Counted from the stretch's first letter, positions 12,928 through 26,390 are shown. The stretch: DNA of 64,000 nucleotides from Paraphysomonas bandaiensis (GCA_965644295.1 CBFFRP010000288.1:581416-645415); one strand, 5' to 3'. Notes: generated by a model from the letters alone, not told the origin. Numbers and translations: made by a program.

Positions 12928-15900
12928 TTACAAAGAAATCATACTCTGCACTCGTTTTTTTAAAGGAGTGCTGGCAGTAATAGTGGTTCGTTTGATACAA
13001 TCATATGGAATTCCTCCTGAACTTGTTGTATCCATTCCTTGGTACCATTCAACAATAACCAGTATAAGATCAGTGCTTATCACTCCGAGACGGACGAGGA
13101 TCAATATAGTGAATTCCGTCATGTCAATGAACTGATCGTCATTTTCTATTCCTAAACTTAGAAGCATTTGTATTTCCCGTTCGGTAATGATAGTGTTGAT
13201 GGTATCTTGTAGGTCATCTCGGGTTCCCAGTGTGGCAATAGAGCTTGCCAACATACTCAGTGAAACTGTCATAATAGGTGCCCCTAACGAAACATACATG
13301 CCGACAGCAGCAAACATCCAGTCAAGAGAATCTGCTGGTATGGGGCGCAGTCCACCTGTGGCCATAGCAGATATCGAAAAGTACAAGCTATCGACAAATG
13401 ACCATCCAACGGCAACACATGTCCAGGATATTCCTAAAACCAAAAAACCAACTAGCAGCACATGAATTCTAGCCCTTTCAGCATAATAATCATAAAATGA
13501 TCTTATTACTTCTCCAATGTTTGATCCAGCCAAGGCTGCCGTGAGCTCCTTTCTCTGTAAGGCATCGTGATACCTGGTATATAAACTCAGCTGGAATAAC
13601 ATACTTGGTACACGACTCACCAGTTGCTCTTTGATTCGACAAGTGACTGTGCGACAGCCGCACGCACGCTACCCAGCAACACCGATCCAATCAGCATATG
13701 AAGTATCGTGTAGGCTTTGCCGATTCCATTCGTATTCAACTCTATCCAAAACATGGAAACGCCGACACTGACAGATATGTAGAAGCCCCTTGCAAATGAG
13801 AAACCCGCATGAGCGCCTTGGTAAAAAGTATACACCAGAGCTCCAGTGAACAGCCACATTGACCTATCAAATCAGTAGTCACAAAAGAGTACGGGGCAGC
13901 GAGCATTCAGCAGATATTACTCACCAACACAAAAAGAGACGAACATAAGGATGTACTATGCAAGTGTACACACACTTCCATCGAGCGGATTTCAGTTCCA
14001 TAACAGTGTACCCCATTATTTCCACTTGCAACACGTCCAAATCCCGAGTAACCGCACGTATGAGGGAGGGGGGGTTGCCGGAGCTGTTGCTTCTTGCACG
14101 ATTGTGAATACTTGTGCTTATATCGAGAGCTGGACCACTGTTGTCTTTGAGCTGATCCACAAGGGATCGGAAAGATTTCCTGCTCTTGGTGCGATGCTGC
14201 TTTAGACACCCAACCGTGTCAGAACGCTCTATGACATCGGTATTGGATGATATCCTTCTCATATTTCCACATATGTTGCTTGGTAGAGTGTCAATCGCCA
14301 AGCGAGAGTTGTTTACAAGAATAGGTGGCATAAATGAGGAAGAAGTTTCTTGTTTCTCCAGATCTTCCCCATTCTTGTCACCGTCGAATGCATGATCGGC
14401 GTCTGGTTCGACACGACTAGTTTGCTTCTTTAAAGTTTTAGGCGTAATACCACTAAGAAGAGTACTCGTTTTACGCTTGAACTCCCCAACACCTGCTGCA
14501 GTAGGTGTTTCCACAACTGTCCCACTTTTCTCTTCGTCACAGTTTTCGAACTGTTGTTCTAACTGAGAGGCGGCTATGGCTACATTCAGAGCGTGAATGC
14601 TGCTTTGGCGAGGAACCACGGTAGACTCTGAGTCTACGTCACTGAAGGACTGTACAGAACTACCTGAGCGAATAATATTCACCTTTCCTCCTTTATCAAT
14701 TTCCTGATCCATCGTGTCTGCGCCTTCGTTGGGCTCATCAGCTGTGTGCAACTCGTCGATTATCTCCGGCTGCACCCTGTTCGATCGAATCTCAGCAGAG
14801 AAGGCGTCTGCAAAAGAGTGGAGAGTGATAGAGCTCAGTCCCCTCTCAAACATCTTTTTCCTCATTTCGGGAGTGATATGTCGGCGACCTCGAATAATGT
14901 CGTCGTAGTGGATCCGCCTGGGGTCATTTTTCTTTCGGTTGAGTTCTTTAAACCGTTCATTTATCCTCATTATTAGTTCTGGGGTAGCTTTCCCTATCCG
15001 TACCACCATTAATATGATAAACTCCGCACAGTCAACTTGACCATCTCCATCCTGTTTGTGACAAAAGAGGCTAGTATTAGACCATTCCGACATGTCAAAC
15101 CGCTCATGAATATTAAAACACCAAACAAAAGATATCTCTGCGAACTATACAACTCGCAACAACACAGTCAATCAAAAATAACCTCACATCTATTCCAAAA
15201 TCTTGCATTAGTTCTATCTCCTTCTGCGTAATATCTGCAAACAGCTTGTTCAGGAGATCAGCATTGGAGGGCTCAAAGAATGAACTGACTGCGAGACCTG
15301 GCAGAACCATCATATCATAATACTATCATAGATGCAAGTAACTGACCTATTGTAATGGCCATCAGGGGCACTCCAATTGTGGAATACAACGCAGCAGCCG
15401 CATATTGCCAGTCCGGATCACTTGATGGTATGGCCTGGTATCCAGCTCCTGTCAGACTTGAAACAACAAAATCTGCACACTCCCACACACTCCACTGTAT
15501 CTCAGTGTATACAAGCCATACCATCCCTACAGCAATCCACAGTACAAAGAGAGCCATTATCTTATAGTTTGGGCAATAGTGCCCAAGAAATTCTGAGAGC
15601 TTATAATATATCGTGACGTTTTCGGAACCGTGCTGAGCGCGTCTTACACGAGTCATCCACGTTTTGTCCTTGTTTCCCGACATCACTTGGGCTATGTATA
15701 TAGATGAGGCTCCCAGAAACACAGTGCCGATAAATGTATGAGTTAAAGAGAACAATTTGAAGCCGGGACTGTCAAAACGATGATTCATAAAGTGGTTGTC
15801 GAGTGTCCAATTCATTCCCCATCCAACGTTCACACTAAAACGGTATATTAATCCTCACAATACGAAATGACTGCATCTACCTCATGTAAAACCCACGACA

Positions 15901-16165
15901 CCAGCTATAGCCTCCATGTAATGTGTAAAATAATGTACCAATAAAAGTCCAAACTATCCTGGCAAAAATGGCTGTCAAGAAAACAAAAAAAACACAAAGA
16001 TGTCAACTACCATGCAAATAATGGGATGAATTTGCCAAGTGCATCATATAGTGAAGCTTGTTTCACTAAATTTTCTAATTCCATAACTTCAACAGTACTG
16101 ACAACTTCTAAACTCATGGGCTGGCGTCGATTCATCCGTCCCCGCCTTTGATAGTGAGGTTCCAT
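12928..16165 (-). CDS. Tandem two-pore (K2P/TPK-like) cation channel with four pore loops and EF-hand-like motifs, spliced
   Basis: Pore-like segments FYMSVNVGWG, FVVSSLTGAGY, FYISVSVGVS and YFSISAMATGGL are flanked by TM helices. EF-hand-like DDGDGQVDCAEF and NDDQFIDMTEF. In-frame introns join both halves. Confidence 0.75.
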
Positions 16166-16639
16166 GATGATGCCGCTGTTGTTATGTGCCACGACGTTGC
16201 AATTAGTAGAATTTAAGCATTAGACAAACACCCTGTTTGCGATTTCGATTAAAATCCATAGGGTTCTTAGATATCTAGATATGTTACAATTCCACGAGAT
16301 TCTGATGAATAATATGGACATACTAGGAATTCCTACTTCGTACGATAACAAATAAATATGACAGAATGGGGATCATTTTTGGGAGTATGTTTTTCTTTAT
16401 ACAAAAAAATCTTCGTTTTCTACATTATACAGCTGCAGTATCCAGTCGTAGGGCATTTCGTAGTAGGGGGCTTTATGTTGTGTACTCCATAAACGGTTTC
16501 ACACTTTCGCATTCGTTTGGCAATATGATGATATCTCCATATATTCAACTGCCAGGGCAATGGCATTTACTTTCGGTTGCACGGAACAGCCTACTCAAGG
16601 TTCTATTCATTAATTTCAGATTCCATCCAGTAAGTAAAG

Positions 16640-19600
16640 ATGGAGCTTGACTCTTTGTGGCAGTGGGAGCGCAAGAAATTACCATGTAAAATTAGACACG
16701 AGTCTGGCAACCCTGCTGGAGATGAGCTCCGTGAGAGATTTGCAGAACTTGCTGGGGTTAATCTTCAAGAATTACTGAATGATATGAAAAGTGACAAAAA
16801 GCGGCGTGAGACTAAAAACAAGGTCTCATATGACCACGTCGGAGATAAGCGTTACAAAGACATGCTCTTCAGGTCGCATGTCCTTGGGGCATCATCAATC
16901 GCCATATCCAAAGTAAATGAGAGCGAGAAGAAAACTTCGTCTAGCATGAGAAATACACGTAAAAGATTTCTATCTATTCCAGAGTCACCCCCTACTAGAG
17001 TGTTATTGGATATTCAGAGAGAGCGTGGGAAACCCCTACGCTTGCCTGAGAATGAAGAGAAGAATTTGGCCACTGTAAAGCTGGAAAAAAAACTTGCTAA
17101 ACAACGTGCTCAGCGTATGGCCGCTAAGGACGAAGCAGCTAAAGATGATGAGAATGATAGTGCCAAGGAAATGAAGTCTATTTTTGGTGCAGGCATGAAG
17201 CACATTTTACCTAAGTATGGGGGGGATATGTTCGGGACTGCTGGTGAATATATGGGTGGTATGCTCTACCTTTCGAGAATGCCCCCCAAACGATCTCATC
17301 AGGGTACAGCTATGTTAAAATCTTTTTCTCGGACGAATACTCTTCAGATGGAGGACTCCCAGGGACCAGATGATGAGGCTGATTTGGCTGTGCGGAATGT
17401 GGTGCAGAACAGTGGCGAAGATGAGGACACAGAGATAAGTTCAAAACTGTATTGTGCCACTGCCCTTTGCAATTGGGCACGAAATCCTTCCAATGCGCAG
17501 AGATTGGCAAATGAAGGAGCGGTAAGGGCGATTATACTTCTTTCTAATGAGAAAGTCGCCAAGATATCCGTATATTGCGCAGGGGCTTTCCGATACATGT
17601 CTGAGCATACTGTACTGGCAGAAAAAATGATTGAAGAAAAGTGTGTGAATGTAATCTCTGAAATGATTACATCCTGCAATGATGACTTTATTTCGGGGAA
17701 TTTAGCAATTTGTCTTCTTAATCTAACACGAATCTCTGGACGGGAGTGGCAGCTTGTTGAAGATAGCATTGTACTTTGCTTTATGAATCTTATTAGCCAG
17801 CGGTCCGATCTACATTCTGCTTGTTGTCGTGGCCTCTACAATCTAACTTGTATTGACACCTCTTACCCCATGATGGAAAGAGTTATACGCGCGCTTATTA
17901 CTTTATCCTCTTCTGGCACTGCTAGTGTAAAGCATCTGTGTGCATCTGCGCTGTGTAACTTGGCCGATCTCAAAGGAATTCGTCTACGCATGGTGGAAGA
18001 AGGAGTTATTTCAGTTCTGGGAACTCTTGCCAGGGGAGCTGAGACCCGTACCCGCCGTGTGTGTGCGGTCATTCTCCAGAATTTGACGGCGACCAAGGCG
18101 TGCCGGACAGAGATGGTATCACGCAACTGCGTACAAGTTGCGTATGGTCTTTCTTCTGACCAGGATCCGATCATACTTCGGTGTATTGGACTAGCTCTCT
18201 CTCGTCTGGCCCTTGAGTCTTCAAATAGCACCCGTGTTATCAGTGACGGAGGAATTATGGCCCTCTGTAATATCGCAGTCAAATATCCCACCATACCCGG
18301 TATATCTCAACCCGCTGCTGTTGCTTTTCAGCTCCTCTCCAGTCGTCCCTCTGTGCGTATCACGATCGTGCAAGAGGGAAGTGTAGCGGCAATAGCGTCA
18401 TTGCTACGTCTGTCGGGTGATATATTTACATTACAGCATGGTCTACTTGCTCTCTGCAATCTTCTCTCTTCTCCTGATAACCACTTACCTATAGTTCAAC
18501 AGGGCTTAGTAACAACCCTAACAGTTCTGAGTGCGCATGAAAGTGATTTGCTTAAAGATTTTTGCGCTCTGGCTTACTTTAATCTCAGTTGTGCGGAGGA
18601 ATCGAGGAAGCATATTGTTAATGCGGGGGCGATTACCTCGGTTATTAATCTTTCTACCCATAATTCTGCGATTACAAAACGGCGCTGCGCGGCTACCCTC
18701 TGTAATATAGCCTCTTATGAAATTGGAATGCAACGGATGGTGGCTGATGGCATTATTCCCGCTTTGGTGAAGCTTCTGGTTGCAGATGATATTGAAACTG
18801 TACGATATGGTTGCGCAGCACTCTGTCGCCTCTGCACCACGGTTGAGAATTGTGCTCTCATTTTAGAGTCTGGCGCTGTGTCTAACGTTGTGCAGGGCGC
18901 GCTTGAGGGAGATATCACAACGAAGCAGTTCTGTTGTGCTGTACTTTCGTCACTTTCTTACTACGAGACGTGCCGGGAGTCTCTCTGTGATAATAATATA
19001 ATATCTGCACTCAACCACTTGTCTGAAATGACTGATGACATCACTCGTCAGCGTTGTCTTGTGGCGTATGCGAATCTCTCTTGTGAGGACAAAGTTCAAG
19101 ACCGCATGGTAGAGGAGGGGGTCGTAGACATCATTGCCAAGCTTGCTGACTCATATTTTGAGGTCAATCAAATGTGCTGTGCTAAAGCACTGTGTAATTT
19201 ATCTCGTCATACTCACACTCGTACTCAACTCGTTCGCGAGGGAGGGGTCCAAGCTCTCATGATGATTAGCATGGTGCGCAGTGTAGATATACAGACCAAA
19301 CTGCTGTGTGTGCATGCCCTCTCAAACATTTTGGACGAGAGGACTGTGGATTCACTCATTGAGGATGGGATAGTTGGTGCCCTGGCCAATCTGTGCAGTC
19401 TACATAATCACGCCATAACGAACTGTTGCGCCAGGTTAATGAATCAGATATCAGTATTTCCTCAAGGAAGAGTGAAAATTGTTGAGAAGAATTCTGGTGT
19501 AAGGGCACTTTTTGACACTTTTGGATTTACAAACGACAGCGATACGAAGATTGTTGTGGCACGCACAGCTTGTAACCTTATTCTGTGTCACCAAGTTCGC

Positions 19601-21459
19601 TTACAGGCGATCGACCACGGAGGCCTAGAAGTAATTGGAAACGGTGCCAAACTATCAAATTCTGATGCATCTTTGCATTGCGCGATGGCTGCGCTATCAT
19701 CTTCTTTAGAGCCACAGTTTCGCATGAAATTTGTGCTGTCTGCATTGCCGTCTGCTATAACTACTGTTGCCCTGGAGAGTTGTGATACGAAGAAACTTTC
19801 ATTTTGTGTCAAATCTCTTGCCATTTTGGTGTGGACGAAGGAGTCCCGAAGTCACCTTCAAACACCCCTGTTTGTGAGTAATATTATGCGCTTGGTGGAT
19901 AAGAACAGAGATGAAAATGTGTTAATATGGATCGCGCAGATTCTTTATTTCATTTGCTTCGACTACAAGGATTATGCAGAGTTGCTTGAACTTGGGATGC
20001 AGACAACTCTCCGTAAGTTATGTTTAGTGTGTAATAGCACTGTTGCCCAATGTGTGGCGGCAACCACCCGATGCTTCTGTCGCGACAGTTATTGTGTTAA
20101 TATTCTTGCCAGTTCTGAGGTTGTCGACATACTTCAGCACGTGATTCGAGTTGATAGGAGCCCCACAACACTGTATCATATTTCATGCACTTTATATGCA
20201 TTTACAGCACATAGCATAGACTCTAGAAACAGAGTTGCGTTGCCTGACATTGTAGAACTTGTTGATATTCTGGGACATGATAAGGAGGTGCGGTATCAAT
20301 GAACTTTGTTGATTGTCTAAATGACATTGTTAATAGTGTGTTGAAGTGCTTGCCGCTACTCTTTGCCTGTTTTGTAGCGATGTTAAGACTCGTACATACT
20401 TCGCAAACAAGACAATATCCAATCTGATAGTGTTGATGCTAGAGATGAACCCAAGGGTAAGTGCCCCTCTCACTGTGTTGTCTAGGATGAGTTAACACTT
20501 GGTCCAGGAAATCGTTTTATCCAATATTGTGCACGTGATATATTCCCTTTCGAAGATGCCGTCCTCAAGACAGTTTTTGCTTGAAGCAGGAGCGGATAGA
20601 ATCCTTTTGAAGCTATCACAGAGTGATAATGTAAAGCTGAAGGCCAACTGTTCGAGGTCTCTTAAAAATCTTTCGTCAGATGCATCAGAGACTATAGAGG
20701 AGGGTGCGGTGGCTGCTCTGATTGCTATGTCTCTCGAGGTAATGTGCTGGTCCTGTTTAACCTATATATCAATCACCGTGTGTGCAGGGAAAGTCCAGCA
20801 ACAAAAATGCTGAAGATCTTGAAGAACCGGAAATTAGGCACCACGAAGCCACAGCATTTGGTCCACTTCGTCCCGAAGCTGGAGATACAATTGAATCGGG
20901 AATCGATCCCACGCCTTGGCAAATGAAAACTGAAATATATAAAGGGGATTGTGCTGGCCGCGGTCCTCCCGCTCCTGAGCCTCCGAACATGACCACTGAG
21001 AGCTCTGTAGACCATCCGTCTACCGTAGACGACCTAGACTCTGGAGAAACTGATGTAGCTCGGACAAAGATGGCGTTTGCGAAGATGCAAACTCCCTACG
21101 AATTACGAGACAGTTACGGGTTTGACGACAGGGACTTCGAAGTTCATGAAGAGGAAGTTATTCCGGATGAAAATGATGATGTCTCTGAAGAAGACGATGA
21201 TGAATACGAGGATGATGTAACATCAACGCTCAGCGGAGGGGAAAGAAGTGTAAGTTTGGCTGATAATAACGAGAGGCCTGAGAAGCTTCCATCTCTTATA
21301 CAAGATGAGGACGATTCGATAAATGCTGCATCTGTATATGATCAGGAGGAAGTTGTTCCTAAATCCAAACCGAAGAAGAAAAAATGTGCTGTTGCAAAGA
21401 CACAGCTCCCTCCGACAGTAATTAGGGGAGAAGTAGCAGCAGAACTTGGGTTGTATTAG
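16640..21459 (+). CDS. Large armadillo-repeat (Vac8-like) protein, spliced
   Basis: 1220-codon first exon with many ARM repeats (CAATLCNIA, GIIPALVKLL, CAKALCNLS). Short introns after 20287, about 20456 and 20738. Acidic C-terminal exon. Confidence 0.85.
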
Positions 21460-21677
21460 TATATGACTTAGTTTCACTACTCATGTATGTGTACTTGATA
21501 TCGTCATCTAGTCATGTAAAGCTTTGGTAAAAACGAACTTTGTTGTGATGTTAAAATTAATCTATTTAGTGTTTGTGATAACGAAAACTATTCAAGACTA
21601 GCGATTACATATGGTTAAGACATGTTGATAGTGCTTGAACTTGGCATTACATTGAAGTTAGCCCGGCTCTACATGTA

Positions 21678-21830
21678 AACGCACCTTTTCGTGGTGTTCT
21701 GGGTTCTGGGGGAGAAGTACCACAGCTAACATGAGCCGCAAATATAGACAGCAGATACCGTTTTGCTCACATAGTCAAATGCTTGCGTGGTACAAGGGAC
21801 ACTGATAAGTGTCACTTGTGTAGACGTCTT
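21678..21830 (+). repeat. Repeat family B copy 2, left part (interrupted by the LINE; continues at 24311-24600)
   Basis: Colinear with the uninterrupted copy at about 39440-39922 once 21831-24310 is removed. Confidence 0.8.
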
Positions 21831-24294
21831 ATACACCATCATACGAGTACGACGACCACATATGAAAGTCTGCTTATTACATGAGTACGGTTGCGTACAG
21901 AAACTAGTTTATGTCTATAGACTAGCTAATAACTAGATTTGCTATATACTACTAGTGGCGGGCAACCGTCTCGGGACTGCTTGTGCATCGCTGCGAGCAC
22001 CATGGTGCAACCGTCCCTTGTAGTGAGGTTAGTCGGGGGGTCTACCTTTGGGCAATGTGTCTGGCGGGCCTGTGCCATGGATTATGTGGGGGGTGGGTGA
22101 GGCGAGATGTATATGAGAGTGCAAGTCGGTGGTGGAGATAGTGCTGGTTGTTGAGGTGGGGTTTCGGCCACAAGTAAGGAGGAGTTGTTTCCGGAGTGGT
22201 TGCGCTTGCCTCTGTCGGGTCTGGGCTCTTGCAGAGAGTGTAGTTCGTCGGGTGGATGTCGCCTGGAGTAGCTGGAGTACTTTTGGTGTCGGGTGGGTAT
22301 CCTGGGCAGGCGTTGCTTTGGTGTGTCGTGACCGGTGTCGCCGGTGCCGTGTCTGCGTTGTGGTGTCTGTGTCCCCTATTGCGAAGCATGCGGAGCCCTC
22401 CATCATATAGGGGGAGTAGGATAGAGGCGATGGATTTTTCTAGGGCGTGGAATTGATGTTCGAGCAGTGAGCTGGATATGTGGCGTCCGAATGCGTCGGC
22501 CATTTGTGTGGCCGTAATGTGGCCGGTCCAGTAGCGCTCAACCTGGGGGGTGGTTGGGTTCCATGCGTCTTTGGCTAGTTTGATTATGGCGGTGTAAAAC
22601 CAGGGATGGGGGAGCGTGCGTGTGCGAAGTTTGTCAAGCTTATTGTGGTGTGCTTGGTGGACATCTTCACGTATGTGAATGATGTCAGGGTGAGTGCAGG
22701 TGAGAAGCATGTGCGCCATGTTGTCTGTGGGGTGTGCACAGTCTGCGCATGTGGAAGCCGTTGTGCGATCATGTCCGGATTTTCCTTTGGCTCGGTTTCT
22801 ACCCATTGCAAAGGATTTGTCCCATACGTATGCCGTCTCGCGTATACGCTCTGCGAGGGGGATGTAGTGTTTGGAGGAGTTATGGGTACGGACAGAATGG
22901 AGCTTGTGTGGGAGCCTTGTTCCGCTGCGTGTCCTATACTGCGGGTCTCGTTGCGTTTGTGCAGCATACATGCTATCTCGTCGGAGGGTGTATTGATGGA
23001 GGTCCCACTGGTGGTGGAGATCTGTAACGTCTCCTAGCATAGGACCGAGGTCTGTGAGGAGGTGTGTATCGTATCTACGCCAGTGCCATTGACCCGTGGT
23101 GAAGAATTCTTCCAGTATGTGCGTAGCGTCAGTTGTGACAACACTGTAGTTGGAGGCTCCGAGCACTTTGTCTAGTGTCTTTCTATCGCCGCTGGCGGCG
23201 GCGTCAGCTATATAAATGCCGTGGTCAGTAGGTCCAGTTGCTTTGATCTTGTGTTCTACGTTCGGGGTGCGAGTGCGTCCATTGTAGTGGACGCTGTTTA
23301 AGAGCTGTGGTGGCGAGGCATTCGTAAAATATTCCCTGGGGCTTTGTTCCGAGGGCGCGCCGTCTGTGTGAGAGGACCTCTTTGGTCCGCGTCTGTACCG
23401 CCTGGCAGTCAGTCCAGATTGGCACGGAAGAGTGGAGTACTGCAAGGGTTTCGTAGGTGTAGGCGTTGAGGCCAGGCGCTGTGTGCTGTGGTGCCGTAAG
23501 TTGTAGGATTTTGGTTTGTCTGTGACCCCAGGTGTTCTTGGGCGGGAGCCATACAATTGCAGCTCCTCCGTCGTGTGTGTGTGTTGCCGAGTAGGTGAGC
23601 AGGGGTGAGGTGTGTGCGTGTGAAGGATCCATCCGTGAAGATGGCTTTGTAAGCATATTTGTGATCATTGTACAGTTGTAGCTGTGATTGGACTTTGTCA
23701 ATGGTAGCTCGGAATTGTGGCGTAGCTGGGGAGGGAGGTTGTATTCTGATGCCTAGTTGTTGCCCCCATTGTACCAGACTGCTGATGTACGTGTCAACGT
23801 CCTCGGGGAGGTGCTTGTAGCGTTGCAAGAGCGATATGGCCGCACTCTTGGGCTGCACTCCGAGTGTGAGGGCTCGTTGAAGAGTATGCCATTTCTGAGT
23901 CTGGGCGTGGGTTGAAAATTTGCGCAGTCCAAGCCCTTTGTATTTCGGGGGAAGGTAGATAAGATCCGTGGGATATCCAGGGGGGAGACGGAGTATTTTC
24001 CTAGCGGCCTCCCGCGCGAGTAGTTTGTCTATGGCGATGTATTTAGCATATGTCCAGGATGCTTTGGAGGCCTTGTATAGTAGGGTCGGGAGTATTTGTG
24101 TGTTGAGGACGAGTAGCTTGCAGGCAGGTGTCGCGCATTTGGATCGTAGAACTGCCGTGGATGGGGCTATGTAGGTGTTGCACCAGCTGTGGGAGTCAGT
24201 GTCCTTTACTGAGAATGGAAGTTGTACCCCGAGATACTTGGTGGAATTTGTGGTTGTTCGGATGGGGATGGGGTGTGGGCACCAGTTCCAGTCT
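21831..24294 (-). mobile_element. 5'-truncated non-LTR retrotransposon (RT C-terminus, RNase H, CCHC zinc knuckle) flanked by a 16-bp TSD
   Basis: Frameshifted ORFs give KYLGVQL and PPKYKGLG (RT end), IFTDGS...GGAA...YE...WTDCQ...WTHSH...IADAAA (RNase H) and CADC...HMLLTC. TSD CTTGTGTAGACGTCTT at 21815-21830 and 24295-24310. Confidence 0.9.
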
Positions 24295-24310
24295 CTTGTG
24301 TAGACGTCTT

Positions 24311-24600
24311 TGGGCCTTGACAAATAAACGGCATCCGGGAAACGGCATATTCGCCTGGGTATTGGGCTGCCTGCTGAGGTCAAGCATCCGGGCTGTTCAC
24401 CTCAAGTACAGAAATCAGAAGAAGTCAGGTATATCACATTCAGTAGCTCACTGCGTTTGCTCTGAGTGATAGAGCGGTGCACAAATAGATATCGTAGCGT
24501 TAAGTAGTGGGATATCAGATATCAGCATGGTAAATTACAATGGTAAATTAGTTCTGATTCTTAAACACCTATTGCAAATAATAATAAGACATTCACTTAA
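24311..24600 (+). repeat. Repeat family B copy 2, right part
   Basis: Matches 39622-39922; ends AGACATTCACT. Confidence 0.8.
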
Positions 24601-24610
24601 ACATTTGTTC

Positions 24611-24877
24611 TCAGAAACAACATTGTTTTCCGTTGACGGTCCGATTAAACACGCATTGGTCTACGGGGTTGACTGCAAAGCCGATGCTCTCCAGGTACGT
24701 CCTCAGTGTATCGTACCATAGTTTTGCACTCTGAACACATCTGTATAGGGCCCGGTCCAATCGTACTAGCAGTCTTCCGCGTTCGTCTATGTATGGCTGT
24801 ACTGCTGGGTCCATCTTATTTGTACCTTTTAAAACTATGAGTAGATTTCGTGCACTATTAACCCACTTCAATTGCAC
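24611..24877 (-). pseudogene. Ty1/copia RT fragment
   Basis: LLVRLDRALYRCVQSAKLWYDTL...DQCVF is a copia RT motif. Confidence 0.75.
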
Positions 24878-25224
24878 AATATATATCCTATCATACTCCA
24901 GAACTCAGCACAATACCACCACTCCCCACTTTGTACTGCATATATATACACTATATATATGATGCAATGTGCAACCACTTCTATTAACGCTGCGATACGC
25001 AATTACAAGTCCAAGTACACTATTCAATCCACTGATGCCCCCACAAGCTCAACTCATGTCATTCACACTAGTACACCACTACCCTAGTACTGGATCCTGA
25101 ACCCCCTCGCAATCCTGCGGAGTTCTATACCCCAAAGAGCGCCTCCTTGACAATAAACGAACATTGACCCCGAAGAACTTACATCCTCGGATAAATCTTC
25201 ATACACATCAAGCGGATGTGGTCT

Positions 25225-25385
25225 TAACTTGGTGCTTGCGGCGACACACACACACAAGCAACTTTCGTAGAGTTAAATAGTAGGAAATCAGATTTAAGCA
25301 CTATTTAGTTTATGGTAGATACTTATAATATATACTAAGCTGGCACTGACTCTACAACGCGTATTGCTAAAATAAACAGACATTG
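25225..25385 (+). repeat. Repeat family B copy 3 (3' part, with CA expansion)
   Basis: CTTGGTGCTTGCGGCGAC(AC)n AAGCAACTTTCGTAG...TAAATAGTAGG...CAGACATT. Confidence 0.7.
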
Positions 25386-25419
25386 GATAGAGTTAACCTT
25401 TCTAAAATATACATATACT

Positions 25420-25565
25420 ACACATTATTGCTATCGGATACACAACCACCGAACCTCACGAGGCATAGGTGGACGTATGACTCCGCTGATATATAGCTAG
25501 CTCCACCATACATTCACTCCAAACTAGATACAACGAACTCTCTTAGCCTTGGGTTCCTCTGCAAT
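25420..25565 (-). mobile_element. Fragment of copia 3' untranslated region related to 8068-8205
   Basis: The reverse complement aligns by eye with GCAGAGG..CCCAAGG...GGAGCTAGCTATAT...GAGGTTCGGTGGTTG at about 8068-8205. Confidence 0.7.
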
Positions 25566-25835
25566 AGAAGTCAATGTGATGACCAAACCTGGTAAAGATG
25601 AATAGTAGATACTAAAAGTAACATTGTTATTTTAAAAAATTACAAGGCTGAGTTTTCAACTCAATTATTATTAACTTAAACTTATATAAGAGTTAAATTT
25701 CTACAGAAGTAGTTAAAAATAGCAGTACAAACTACTATCTACTACCTCTCCTCGGCATTAGAAGATTCTCGTAAATTTGAAGCCTCAGGGTTTGCTCATG
25801 AGAGTGTATTTCACGACCTGTTCGATCCTGCATAA

Positions 25836-26390
25836 TTTCTTGTTGCATGTACTCATTAGCTACATCATCGAACACATTGTTTCTGTCCACACACGGAACC
25901 TGCTGCAGGGGTGTCGACGTCGCGACTAGAGGAGGAGAAGCGAGACTGGAGGTGGCGCCGCAGATTTCATTCTGTTTATCTCCTCCTGCATAGCTATACA
26001 TAATAGCCCGTGATTCCTCTAGTTGCATTTTTGTAGTGCACTCAGTATGGGCTCACTGGAAGCAGAAGTGACCACATCCCCAACAACAATGTCCTCATCC
26101 GCATCTTCAATCTGCACATTATACACAAATTAAATACAATAATTATTCTTTATGTATTACATCTCTTTGCCTGCTTCACAGTACGAGTTTTACTTGTGGA
26201 CTTCGCTGGTCGAGGCTTCTTTATGCTCTTAGGTTTCACCCTTTTCTCACGAGTAAGTCCCTTCCGCTTGCGAGTGATGTTACGGTCATCATACATCATA
26301 ACATCTACAACTGCTGGAGTTCCAGTTCCACCGAATCAGGCCATCTAGAACAGCCTCGTGGTCAAATGCAACGTATGGAAGACAGCCGAC
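25836..26390 (-). repeat. Dispersed repeat family C (spliced unknown ORF), degraded copy homologous to 45000-45716
   Basis: Shared peptides MQLEESRA and ASPPLVATSTPLQQ.PCVDR.NVFD; the Pro-rich repeats are missing here. Confidence 0.8.

Noticed and set aside
17310-19824. Antisense ORFs within the ARM gene and other long CDSs
   Set aside because: Shadow frames of real genes with no recognisable motifs.
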